Of a stretch of DNA of 45,161 bases, positions 9,295-18,096 are shown in pieces. Both the position numbers and the translations under genes were made by a program. The notes beneath the pieces were generated by a model. It saw nothing but the letters and a program-made list of their open reading frames with translations. It had not been told where the DNA came from and searched no databases. Origin of the DNA: Pseudomonadota bacterium (lineage in GTDB: Bacteria; Pseudomonadota; Alphaproteobacteria; Caulobacterales; Hyphomonadaceae); NCBI GenBank assembly GCA_039030525.1, contig JBCCDZ010000001.1:1-45161 (forward strand), given 5' to 3'. Numbering within the stretch: the first letter of the stretch is position 1; every line of letters begins with the position of its first letter.

Positions 9295-10436
9295 ACCACC
9301 GCATCATAGGCATCGACATTTCCCGCGCCGTCGCCATTCTATTGGTCACCTGGAAGCACAGCATGGCCAGCTTTGGCGCGCGCGGCCAGCTCGAAGGCTG
9401 GAGCAATTATAGTTTGGAAATCCTAATGCAGCTGGCAACGCCGATTTTCTTGGTTCTGTTCGGCGCAATGCTGGAATTGGTCTATCGGCCACGCTTTGAA
9501 CGGGGCCTGGTGCACGATACAACGCGCCGACTAACGAAGCGCGCCCTTCAATGCTATGGCTACTATTGCTTGGCAATCATTGTGTTCTTCGCGATGATGG
9601 GCACCTATTCGGCAATGTCGCTGCCCTTCGTATTTGCCGGGTTTATCAGCGTCCCATATTCGCACCTTTTGGCTTTCTATACGGCCGCACTGCTACTGGC
9701 GCCGGCTCTGATTCACGCTCGAATTCGGTATGGCCTCGCGCCTTTGGTCGGTGTCGCAGTTTTGGTGCATCTGCTGCACCCGATCCTTCGTCAGTTGCCG
9801 CCCGCGCCTGAGGTTTTCGATCGCGATTATCTGCAACATATGAGCGGGTTTCTCTATGGGCGGGGCGTTGACTTTATCGGTCCGTCCTTGCTTCACGGGC
9901 TGTCATTGGTGTGTTTTGGCATGTTGTTCGGCCACGGCCTGCATCGACGTGGTTCGCCGCGCCCCGAAGGCCGACTTTCCGTGCGCGTCTCCGTCTGGGT
10001 GGCGCTCGCCGCGAGTCTCATGATTGGCGTCTACATGGTCCTAGCCCCATCCCAAATCTCCCTCGACGGGTTGATCGACGCAGCGCTGCGCGTGGATAGT
10101 CATCCGGTCTATTTCAGTATTGGAATCCTGGGGACGTTGGCGCTGACCTGGCTCTGTATCTACGTCTATGACGTCAAAGGCATCGCCATGGGCCGTAGCA
10201 TTCAAGTGTTCGGACGACGCAGCCTATTTGCCTTTGGGATCGGCAACATACTCGCCTTAATCGCGCCGCCCTCGCTGACCAATCTGTTCGGTCTATGGGG
10301 CAGCGTCTCAGTGCTGTTCCTGACCATATGCGGGCTGACGCTGATCTATGATCGTGTGGAACGGGCCGACCTCTTCTCCCGCACGGCGAATGCCTTGCGG
10401 GCGACGGTTCGGCAACTGCGGCGCTCACGCGCTTAG
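9291..10436 (+). CDS. OpgC-like / acyltransferase-3-like membrane protein (polysaccharide acylation)
   Basis: RIIGIDISRAVAILLV..KH, ATP.F..LFG, FGRRSL.AF motifs with about 10 TM segments. Confidence 0.7.
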   Translation: MNHRIIGIDISRAVAILLVTWKHSMASFGARGQLEGWSNYSLEILMQLATPIFLVLFGAMLELVYRPRFERGLVHDTTRRLTKRALQCYGYYCLAIIVFFAMMGTYSAMSLPFVFAGFISVPYSHLLAFYTAALLLAPALIHARIRYGLAPLVGVAVLVHLLHPILRQLPPAPEVFDRDYLQHMSGFLYGRGVDFIGPSLLHGLSLVCFGMLFGHGLHRRGSPRPEGRLSVRVSVWVALAASLMIGVYMVLAPSQISLDGLIDAALRVDSHPVYFSIGILGTLALTWLCIYVYDVKGIAMGRSIQVFGRRSLFAFGIGNILALIAPPSLTNLFGLWGSVSVLFLTICGLTLIYDRVERADLFSRTANALRATVRQLRRSRA

Positions 10437-11713
10437 GGCGTTTTGGTTTCACTAAGCTCGCGCGCGGCGATGCCCATGACGAGCAGGCCAGGCCAAATTA
10501 GATAGGCTAGGATCTCCAAATTCTCGCCAATCGAATAGAAGGCCATCAACAGCACCATCCCGAAGGCAATCCGGCCAGCCTTCGACCGGGTCACGGCGAG
10601 CAATCCGAATTCGATCAAGCTCCAGGCCAGCGGGATCGCCAGAGCCACAGCGCCGACGGCACCTTTGACGAACAGCAAACCGTACCAGGTATGATGACTG
10701 CCAATTGGCATATATTCGACCGCGTGAGGACCGCGCTCGACGATGCCGTGACCCCAGACAGGTGCCTCATTCCACCAGCGCTCGATGGCGATGTCGCCCA
10801 GCAATTCGCGAACGCGCGTCGAGTCTGCGCGCATTGATTTGACAGAGTTCAGGGTTGAATCCAGCCAATCCAGAATGGGTTGAGCGAGCGGTGTCAGAAA
10901 CAAAAGGCCGGTGGCGGCCGTGAACCACATGAGCGGCCGTCTCGACTCCCCAACGGCGATGACCACGGGCCAAATGAACATGGCCGCCGCCAAAGCCAGC
11001 CGAGACTTTGAGGTAATGATCATCGCGACCGCTGACAGGATGCCCATCCATTTCCAGACCTTTCGTTTGTCCGAAAGTGCGAAGATCAGATACATATTTC
11101 CGATCATGCCGGCGGCTGGCGACCAGGGCGTGAAATAACGCAGCCGCGTCGAGCCATCCGTCGGCTCATACGAGTAAAGCTGCACAGCAAAGAATTCAGG
11201 TCCGGGGCCGCCAACCAATTTCAGCGGCGATACGAATATACGCTCTGGTAATCCAACTGTTGGCGCGACCAGGAAGATCGGGGTCAGCAGGAGACTGCCA
11301 AGCGCAACCCAGCCAGCCGCCCGGATCACAGTGTCCAGTTTGATCTGCAGACACGCGCCAATCAGGGGGAAGAGCGCGAGAAGCGCCCAGCCCTTGGCCC
11401 AGCCAATCGTTGATTTGATGGTTTGGCCAAGCCCCATATTCTGATTCATGTGCCCGACTTCAAGGGCGAGGAGCATGACCAGCATGCCGCCAATCCAGAC
11501 CCAAACACCGCTTGGAACGCTTGTTACAGATCGCGTCTGTATCGCTTCTCCGGACAGGTACAGCCGGGCGAAGACCAATCCCGTAAGTCCCACGCCCAGC
11601 ACCGGACCCAGAACGTACAACCCGCCAAACAGGTAGACGAACCAGGTCGCGGCGAGCGCGAAGCCGACTATATAGTCTTCAGGAGCGCGCGAATGATGGG
11701 CAGTCTGATCCAT
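10433..11713 (-). CDS. O-antigen ligase/polymerase (Wzy-like)
   Basis: Multi-TM; SKSRLA, RADST.VR, PVWGHG, GSHHTWYGLLFVKG motifs. Confidence 0.85.
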   Translation of the reverse strand: MDQTAHHSRAPEDYIVGFALAATWFVYLFGGLYVLGPVLGVGLTGLVFARLYLSGEAIQTRSVTSVPSGVWVWIGGMLVMLLALEVGHMNQNMGLGQTIKSTIGWAKGWALLALFPLIGACLQIKLDTVIRAAGWVALGSLLLTPIFLVAPTVGLPERIFVSPLKLVGGPGPEFFAVQLYSYEPTDGSTRLRYFTPWSPAAGMIGNMYLIFALSDKRKVWKWMGILSAVAMIITSKSRLALAAAMFIWPVVIAVGESRRPLMWFTAATGLLFLTPLAQPILDWLDSTLNSVKSMRADSTRVRELLGDIAIERWWNEAPVWGHGIVERGPHAVEYMPIGSHHTWYGLLFVKGAVGAVALAIPLAWSLIEFGLLAVTRSKAGRIAFGMVLLMAFYSIGENLEILAYLIWPGLLVMGIAARELSETKTP

Positions 11714-13044
11714 AACAGGGCCAATCCGATTGCGTAGAACAGCATCCCGGCAATCGTGCCGAGGGCGATAAATTTCTTGGACGGTGTCGCTGGAGATTTC
11801 GGGCGACTTGGGGCTTCGACGGTTTGCGTCAGCGGGTAAGACGCAAACACATCGGTCCGATTGGTGTCGATGCGAGCAAGCGCCGACGCGAAAACGGTTT
11901 CGGCAACTTGATGGTCTCTCAACAAACCATCCAATTCTGTGGCCGGCGTCGCGAGATCCTCGACGCGCAGCTGTGTGTTCTCTAACTGGCCGCGTGTCGC
12001 GTCGCGCCGTTTTTGAGTGCCCGCCAGACGAACAGTGGCTTCAACCAATGAGGCGATAAGTTCAGAGCGCCCTCCGGTTGAGGTGTGGTAGCCACGGTCC
12101 AAAGTGGCGAAACCTTCAAACCCGATCAGCAATCGGCCCCGATCGAACAGTCCCTTGTTCAAACCCGTCAGCTCGTTCGTGGCAGCGATCACGTCTGGGT
12201 GGTTCGGCCCGAACATATCCGACAGCTCCGACCGCGTGGTCGTTGCTTTCGAGTGGGCCTCGATGATGGATTGAAACGCGCTATCAGACAGAAGCGTCAG
12301 GATATCGACGGCCTGATCGGCAGAGATGCCGAGAATGCCGGAAAGCCTTTGGACTTCGCTACGCGCGACTTCCAGCTCAGCTTGCGCCCGCTCTAATTCG
12401 ATCCGAAGGGTCTCGGTCTGCCCCACCAAGTCGCGAAATTGTTCGACAGAAATTAAGCCATGCTCGGTTTGGAACGCGATGATTTTCGCCTGGGCATCCC
12501 GAACGCTTTGTTCGAAGCCGGTGAGCGTCTCCCTGTAGGCATTTTCCCGCAGATTCTGCTCTTCCGCGCGCAGGGCTGCGAGTTCTTGTTCAAACGAGGT
12601 CAGCCACGCATCTGCCAACTCTTTCGCGTCATCTGGGCTCGCGGCCGACACAGAAACGTAGAGAAGCTTGGTTTGGTTAGCGAGTTTGATTTTGGGTGCA
12701 GACACCTCGCTCATGGGCAATCCGACGATCTCACTCACTGATCCGCGCAAGCGATAAGATTGCAGGAGCTTCTTATAGCTCTCGGTCGGGCTGAGGCTCT
12801 GGCTACCAAACGGCGAAGCTGTATTGCTGGTCGCCTGTCCCAATGAGTCGAGATTAATCGATGAGCCAGATCCTGCGCCAGGCAAGATGATAGTGAAACC
12901 GCTCGAATAGGTTTTGGGGGTCAGAAAAAAGAAGGCCGCAGCGAGGATGCCAATCACGACCCAGCCCATCATCAAAACCATGGCGTAGCGGAGGAAGCGG
13001 CCCTGACGCGGGCCACCTTTCAGAAATGTCCAATTGCCGATCAT
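11668..13044 (-). CDS. Polysaccharide co-polymerase / chain-length determinant (GumC/Wzz-like, no kinase domain)
   Basis: N-terminal TM then PKTYSS, long coiled coil with GPNHPDV, Pro-rich APSRPKSPATP before a C-terminal TM; start ATG 13044 overlaps the wza stop. Confidence 0.85.
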   Translation of the reverse strand: MIGNWTFLKGGPRQGRFLRYAMVLMMGWVVIGILAAAFFFLTPKTYSSGFTIILPGAGSGSSINLDSLGQATSNTASPFGSQSLSPTESYKKLLQSYRLRGSVSEIVGLPMSEVSAPKIKLANQTKLLYVSVSAASPDDAKELADAWLTSFEQELAALRAEEQNLRENAYRETLTGFEQSVRDAQAKIIAFQTEHGLISVEQFRDLVGQTETLRIELERAQAELEVARSEVQRLSGILGISADQAVDILTLLSDSAFQSIIEAHSKATTTRSELSDMFGPNHPDVIAATNELTGLNKGLFDRGRLLIGFEGFATLDRGYHTSTGGRSELIASLVEATVRLAGTQKRRDATRGQLENTQLRVEDLATPATELDGLLRDHQVAETVFASALARIDTNRTDVFASYPLTQTVEAPSRPKSPATPSKKFIALGTIAGMLFYAIGLALLWIRLPIIRALLKTI

Positions 13045-14294
13045 CGGAGCGCGCCTCCCAATAGGGCTGCATTGAGCAGCGGAGCCGCCGACTCCGAGAC
13101 CATTGCGATAACATCGCGAACATTGGTAACGTGCGAGTCGTAACAAGCGATGGCGTCGTTCGGCAGAAGCACGGGATTAAAATCGTCTCGGTCAGCGCGG
13201 CGGACCAGATCTTCGATCGAGCGCGCAACAACTTCGCTTTCGCCAGTGATCGGATTGCGTGAGATCAGCACACCCCAGCGCCGCGCATTGGTGGCTTGAA
13301 TGCCGCCGACGCAGTTCGCAGACACCAGGCCCTGAAGGAAGCGGGTTCCGTAAGGCAGTTTGGTGGAATAGTCGCCGATAGCCGAGGCTGCATTTGAGGC
13401 GGCCGGACGCGTGAGATTGGACATATAGACCCGGATGCCGGGCGGTGTGATCCGCGATGGACGCGCGAGCGCCATCTGAAAACAGCCGCGGGACGGGACA
13501 TGCACGCGGTCGCCAGCGACGAGCAGCGGATCTTCGATTGGACCACCATCGAGCGCGCCGGTCATGTCAAACACGCGGCGGCGGCCATTTCGAATAAGCA
13601 CAACATTGCGGATATCTGCATCGGGCCGAACCCCAGCCGCGGATGAGAGCGCCTTGCTCAAACGACGCTGCAGGGTGAAATCCCCAGACGCATCAATTCT
13701 GGACGAAGGATCTGAATTCGCGCTCCGTTGATTGAGCAGGACGTCACCAGTTTGGAATACCGCGCCTGAAACAGACACTTGGATCGGCGCCCAGTGGAGA
13801 ATATCGGTAGAGACTTGAATGAAGTTCGATTGGAAGTAACCGCCAGAGACGAGCAGCCGCGCAATCGCATCTTCAAGTTGCTCTTTGCTCGTCCCCGCGG
13901 CGGGAATGTCGCCGAGAAAGGGCAGTCGAAGATAGCCATCGGGTGAGATTACGAAGTCGCCTTCGAAGCCGTCGCCTCTGACAATTTGCAAGCGTAGCAT
14001 GTCGCCTGGCGATAGCAGGGCGGGTTCTTCGAACGCCGCGCCAAGGCCAGCATCAATTGGCTGCCCGGTCAGGGCGATGTCCATGTCTTGGCAGCGCCCC
14101 ATATTTTGCGAGGATGCGGCGGCAAAGGACGCATTGTGGCGCGAGTCGCTCATCGATTGGCGCTGCGCCTGATAAGGTTCGGAAGACGCAGTCACCAGGT
14201 TTTGAGGACGCTCAAAAGATCCCACGCACCCAACCAGTATAAACACTGAGACGACGGCGATGACGCGAATGAAAAGTTGGATGCGTTCAATCAT
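13041..14294 (-). CDS. wza: Outer-membrane polysaccharide export lipoprotein (Wza/OPX)
   Basis: Lipobox LVGC; Poly_export motif LSPGD.L...ISPDGYLRLPFLG.I.AAG; SLBB motifs AAGVRPDAD...L..GD.V.VP. Confidence 0.9.
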   Translation of the reverse strand: MIERIQLFIRVIAVVSVFILVGCVGSFERPQNLVTASSEPYQAQRQSMSDSRHNASFAAASSQNMGRCQDMDIALTGQPIDAGLGAAFEEPALLSPGDMLRLQIVRGDGFEGDFVISPDGYLRLPFLGDIPAAGTSKEQLEDAIARLLVSGGYFQSNFIQVSTDILHWAPIQVSVSGAVFQTGDVLLNQRSANSDPSSRIDASGDFTLQRRLSKALSSAAGVRPDADIRNVVLIRNGRRRVFDMTGALDGGPIEDPLLVAGDRVHVPSRGCFQMALARPSRITPPGIRVYMSNLTRPAASNAASAIGDYSTKLPYGTRFLQGLVSANCVGGIQATNARRWGVLISRNPITGESEVVARSIEDLVRRADRDDFNPVLLPNDAIACYDSHVTNVRDVIAMVSESAAPLLNAALLGGALR

Positions 14295-14297
14295 GAC

Positions 14298-14498
14298 TTA
14301 CCCCCTCGGCCGCCCGAATGATCGGAAGACCGCCAGCGCCCCGGGACAATCAGACCTGATCACTTTGACGACCCGTCCGTTATCAACCTTTGTTTTGACT
14401 TCGATCATGTCACCAGCGACCGAGCCCGCTCTGCTCAAGGCGTGGCGAAACCGAGTAAGAGCGGCATCGTTCTCGATAGAAATGCAAACGCTAGCCAT
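14298..14498 (-). CDS. Small hypothetical protein (66 aa) leading the wza operon
   Basis: ATG at 14498 after CAGGAGG; stop 3 bp before the wza start; MASVCISIENDAALTRFRHALS... Confidence 0.6.
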   Translation of the reverse strand: MASVCISIENDAALTRFRHALSRAGSVAGDMIEVKTKVDNGRVVKVIRSDCPGALAVFRSFGRPRG

Positions 14499-14545
14499 GA
14501 AAGCCTCCTGTTCTGGCTTCCACAGTTGCAAGATGCGGGTAAGGA

Positions 14546-14560
14546 TTAAATATCCTTTAA
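14546..14560. promoter_or_regulatory. CtrA-type box TTAA-N7-TTAA
   Basis: TTAA-ATATCCT-TTAA, overlapping the palindrome AAGGAT-TAAAT-ATCCTT, about 50 bp upstream of the wza operon. Confidence 0.5.
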
Positions 14561-14595
14561 AAACAACAACAAGAGAGAAGCTGTGATCGTGCGAA

Positions 14596-14644
14596 TTGCA
14601 TTTTGCAAGAGTGGCGCTTGCAATTCGCAAGACGCATTTTGCGT
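14596..14644. promoter_or_regulatory. LuxO-type boxes upstream of the wza operon
   Basis: TTGCA-TTT-TGCAA (14596, perfect), TTGCA-ATT-CGCAA (14618, +22 bp), ACGCA-TTT-TGCGT (14632). Confidence 0.7.
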
Positions 14645-14659
14645 TTGCTGCCTGGATGC

Positions 14660-14840
14660 AGGGGCAATCCAGAAGTGATCATAACCAACCGGCTCGCCTC
14701 CTATCGCGACGCCATGAAAGTGAATGGAAACCAAGATCGACAAGAAACCGCGCTGATTAAATGGCCGTCGCTTCTCGGTGCCTAAGTCACAGATACGAGA
14801 TTGGATGCAGGAGACAGGTTCGCAATAGACTGACAGCACC
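14660..14840 (+). mobile_element. IS6-family transposase remnant with right terminal inverted repeat
   Basis: Peptide GNPEVIITNRLASYRDAMKVNGNQDRQET resembles the IS6 DDE segment (PEVIVTDRLRSY.AAM..IGN.DRQET), joined to a C-terminal-like ALIKW.SLL; ends in GACTGACAGCACC, an IS6-type end (GGTGCTGTCA on the minus strand). Confidence 0.75.
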
Positions 14841-14842
14841 TC

Positions 14843-15442
14843 TCATCGTTCGCTTTTGATGCCCAAAAGGCAGGTCACCACAAGAACCGTCGCCAAGACA
14901 CCAGAGCTTCCCGCCACAGGCGAAGGCAAAATCCCCTGAAAACCAAACATCATTACGACGGCATTGGTCGTCAGAGCGATGATGCCAGCACCCGTGGTCA
15001 TGGCGCCGATGGCTCGACTATGTTCTGCCCATTTTGCGAGGCCGAAGGCGATGGCCGCCAGTCCGAGCAGAACATTGGCTGCGTTGTAACAGAAGAACGA
15101 GAACGCAACGATTGATGTTGCGACCTCACTCAGGTCTGCATTGATCTCGCCAGCAGCGGCAAACGGGAAAAACTGCGTCAGTCCGAGGCCAACCGCGAGC
15201 AGCTTGAAGATCGCAGCAAACGCGATCGCCGAAAACCCCAACGCGTAGCGCTTCGCCAAGACTAAGCCAGTTCCGGCGAAACAAGCCAGCATAATGAAGA
15301 GCAGACCTTCCACACGCCATAGAAACCGTCGGTCAATTTCGGGCGCGCCAATGAAGAAGGCCGTATAGATGGGTTGAGTGATCGCCGCGAGAAGCAGCAA
15401 TAAGGCCACCGTTTTCGCGACACCGCGTTCAGTCATATCCAT
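14843..15442 (-). CDS. Hypothetical integral membrane protein (about 6 TM)
   Basis: Hydrophobic 199-aa ORF, RBS GAAGGAG, downstream of the dehalogenase. Confidence 0.8.
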   Translation of the reverse strand: MDMTERGVAKTVALLLLLAAITQPIYTAFFIGAPEIDRRFLWRVEGLLFIMLACFAGTGLVLAKRYALGFSAIAFAAIFKLLAVGLGLTQFFPFAAAGEINADLSEVATSIVAFSFFCYNAANVLLGLAAIAFGLAKWAEHSRAIGAMTTGAGIIALTTNAVVMMFGFQGILPSPVAGSSGVLATVLVVTCLLGIKSER

Positions 15443-15492
15443 TCTCGTCTCCTTCATAACAGGACCGTTGCCTCAACGCTGTTTCCCTTTTC

Positions 15493-16470
15493 TCACTCCG
15501 GCAGCCAGTCTGCGACCGCCTTGCCGATTTCATCTGGAGAATCTTCTTGAATGAAGTGCAGGCCGGGAACATTGACTTCGGTTACGTTCGACCATGATCG
15601 AATGAAGTCCAGTATCGGTCCGCGAACGAGCGCACCGGGCTCCGCCCGAATGAAGAGTTTGGGTAGATCGTTTTGCTTCATCCACCCAGAGTAATTGGAG
15701 ACAATTTCAGTCACGTCCGCAGGTTCGCCAGCAATTGGGATTTGCCGCGGCCAAGTCAGGGTTGGACGGCGGCTCTCGCCGGGCTCCAAGAAGGGACGGC
15801 GATACTCCGCCATTTCGGTTTCGGTGAGGTCACGAATTATGGAACTCGGCAATATGGCCTCGATAAACACATTGTTCTCAAGCGCCATTTGCTCTCCAGC
15901 CGGAGATCGCAATGCTTCAAACGTTTGGCGAGTGCCGTCAGGGATCGCATCCCAACTTGGAACGGGCGCGACGACGGCTTCCATGAATGCGATACCTTTG
16001 ACGGCGTCCTGATTTTCGTGCGCCCAGTGAAATCCGAGACCGGACCCCCAATCATGGATGACCAAGGTCACGTTCTCGTTGACGCCAAGTTCGTCCAACA
16101 GCCCGAATAGATATTTCCGGTGTTCGACGAAAGTATAGCGATCCGGCCCGCTATTATCGAGTTTTTCAGAATCGCCCATGCCAATCAGGTCAGGTGCGAT
16201 AAGACGCCCTTTGCCTTCGAGATGTGGCATGACATTCCGCCAAAGATATGACGACGTTGGATTGCCATGCAGGAATACAATCGGGTCGCCTTCACCGACG
16301 TCGACATACGCCATTTGCTTGCCATGGATGGTCTTATAGCTTTTTTCATAGCGTGAGACCTCAGTCGAAAATTCGAGGCCTTCGGCGCGCTCCGAAGGTG
16401 CGGCTTGAGTGACCTGACAGCCTGCGAGAGCGAAGCTTGCCGCGGTGGCAAGTAAGAGCGATCGTATCAT
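15493..16470 (-). CDS. dhaA: Haloalkane dehalogenase (LinB/DhaA subfamily II) with lipoprotein signal
   Basis: FLHGNPTSSYLWRN, APDLIGMG.S, nucleophile IHDWG, acid FMEA, RRPTLTWPRQIP, base GLHFIQED; N-terminal MIRSLLLATAASFALAG-C. Confidence 0.93.
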   Translation of the reverse strand: MIRSLLLATAASFALAGCQVTQAAPSERAEGLEFSTEVSRYEKSYKTIHGKQMAYVDVGEGDPIVFLHGNPTSSYLWRNVMPHLEGKGRLIAPDLIGMGDSEKLDNSGPDRYTFVEHRKYLFGLLDELGVNENVTLVIHDWGSGLGFHWAHENQDAVKGIAFMEAVVAPVPSWDAIPDGTRQTFEALRSPAGEQMALENNVFIEAILPSSIIRDLTETEMAEYRRPFLEPGESRRPTLTWPRQIPIAGEPADVTEIVSNYSGWMKQNDLPKLFIRAEPGALVRGPILDFIRSWSNVTEVNVPGLHFIQEDSPDEIGKAVADWLPE

Positions 16471-16529
16471 CAGAGAACCTTTCATAGGTGAGTCGTTTGG
16501 AGAAGTTTGAAGCCAGCCATGCGCCTGCA

Positions 16530-16970
16530 CTACCCGAGGAGACCATTGGCTGTGACGAGTTGGCAGGCGAGGAAGAAACCTAGTCCTAAACCAGTTAAGC
16601 CGGTCAGCGTTGCGCCAGCGGCTCTAAACATTGCAAAGAACTTTGGACCGTCTTTGGTGGCGTGAGATCCCGTCGTCGACATGAAACCGATCGCATGACA
16701 GAGGCGCGCGAAAACGAACGCTCCGGCAAAACCTGTAATGATTGGACCGCTGCCTGTCAGACCTTCGGTCAGCGCGAGGACAATGACGAAGATCGCTGCA
16801 TTCTCTGCGAGATTGCCGTGTCTTCGGCTTTTTCTCTCAAGATCCCGGTCGCGACCATAACCAACACCAATGTCCGCTTTCACACGATGCGTGCCCGTGT
16901 TCATCATAAGAAACTGCTGCAATATGATCAGAAAGGCCCCGGTCATTGCTGCCGTCTGAGGGAATTCCAT
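16530..16970 (-). CDS. MAPEG family membrane protein
   Basis: G.G....LER..R.HGNLAEN and ARL.HA.G motifs, 4 TM; RBS GGAGACAGG. Confidence 0.9.
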   Translation of the reverse strand: MEFPQTAAMTGAFLIILQQFLMMNTGTHRVKADIGVGYGRDRDLERKSRRHGNLAENAAIFVIVLALTEGLTGSGPIITGFAGAFVFARLCHAIGFMSTTGSHATKDGPKFFAMFRAAGATLTGLTGLGLGFFLACQLVTANGLLG

Positions 16971-17091
16971 TTCCTGTCTCCAAATTCGGATGACGCGCGC
17001 ACGATCTCAACGCGACACACGCTTGGTTTCTTTGCCGTTCCTATTTGTGAAGGCGAGGTGAGAATGTCATTCGAAGATTACGCACCACAAA

Positions 17092-17134
17092 GGTGCATGA
17101 ATGAGCCATCGTGAGAATGGCTCATTTATGCACC
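17092..17134. promoter_or_regulatory. 18-bp-arm inverted repeat in the MAPEG/GST divergent promoter (probable paired LysR operators)
   Basis: GGTGCATGAATGAGCCAT-N7-ATGGCTCATTTATGCACC (17/18 match); a related motif recurs at 18921 and 19880. Confidence 0.6.
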
Positions 17135-17247
17135 AAACAGGCGCGCTCGAGGCCAGAGACGTGGCGCGTTTGGGCGGCTAACAATCGTGGACGTCCGCTT
17201 GTTAATGTTGGACACATAGCGAAGAAACGATTGAAGGAAAATTACCT

Positions 17248-18015
17248 GTGAAACCCATCAAACTTTACGGCTACTCGACCAGCCCCTTTGTCCGAAAGAC
17301 AGGTTGTTTCCTTTATTACAAGAATCTAGATTTTACGCACATACCGGTAAGCCCGACTGACCCCGCATCGACGATTGGTTTTACCAATCAAACGCAAGTT
17401 CCCGTCCTCCAAATCGGCAATGAGTGGCGCTTGGAATCGTCAGACCATGCACGATGGCTCGACGAGGAGTTTCCTGAAAAACCGCTCTGTCCAGGCGAGT
17501 ATAAGGCCAAGATCGATGAGATCGATGCGTGGGTGAGCAACACATTTCTCGCGAGCATTTTTCGCTTTGCGATTGATGGAGAAATGACGTTACAATTCAA
17601 ATTTCGGGCATGGCGTTTGGCTGCAATTTTGAGTGCGCACACGCCTTTGCCGGAACAGGTGCGCCATCAATGGCCTGACGCGCTGAAGACAGCCCCGTTC
17701 ATTCAAGCCATGGCGAAGGACATGGACCTTTCGGAGAGTATCTCTGACATGCAGATGCGAATTGCGGGAGAGCTTGTCGCGCACATTGGCGAAGGCCCAT
17801 ATTTGGGCGGCTTGGATCAACCGACCATGCTTGATTTCGCGGTTTTCCCGCAACTGGTCTGGGGATACATGTTTGGACTAGAGGAACGCCTAAGCGCCGC
17901 GGCGCATCCTGTTGTGAAAGTTTGGCTCCAAAGGGTTGCTGAGCATCTACCCAGGAACCCTGTATTGGCCCCGAACGAGTTGCAGGTTCAAACCATTGCG
18001 AGCGGTCTGCTCTGA
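17248..18015 (+). CDS. Glutathione S-transferase family protein (mPGES-2-like)
   Basis: LYGYSTSPFVRK, QVPVL...ESSD, YLGG.DQPTMLDFAVF; GTG start after GAAGGA. Confidence 0.85.
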   Translation: MKPIKLYGYSTSPFVRKTGCFLYYKNLDFTHIPVSPTDPASTIGFTNQTQVPVLQIGNEWRLESSDHARWLDEEFPEKPLCPGEYKAKIDEIDAWVSNTFLASIFRFAIDGEMTLQFKFRAWRLAAILSAHTPLPEQVRHQWPDALKTAPFIQAMAKDMDLSESISDMQMRIAGELVAHIGEGPYLGGLDQPTMLDFAVFPQLVWGYMFGLEERLSAAAHPVVKVWLQRVAEHLPRNPVLAPNELQVQTIASGLL

Positions 18016-18037
18016 CACACCGCCCAGAACCGATCAC

Positions 18038-18070
18038 AAAAAGCAGGCGTCGTGGGCATCACGACGCCTG
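18038..18070 (-). terminator. Intrinsic terminator between convergent GST and DUF1330 genes
   Basis: 11-bp stem CAGGCGTCGTG/CACGACGCCTG with a T-run on the minus strand. Confidence 0.75.
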
Positions 18071-18096
18071 TGAAGTTTTCACGGAAGTTTGCGAAC

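Noticed and set aside
14528-14542. Possible sigma-54 promoter for the wza operon (minus strand TTACCCGCATCTTGC)
   Set aside because: The -12 TTGC is good but the invariant -24 GG is missing, so it was not called.
18011-18024. TCTGACACACCGCC as a second IS6 end forming a composite element
   Set aside because: Short, imperfect and without adjacent transposase sequence.
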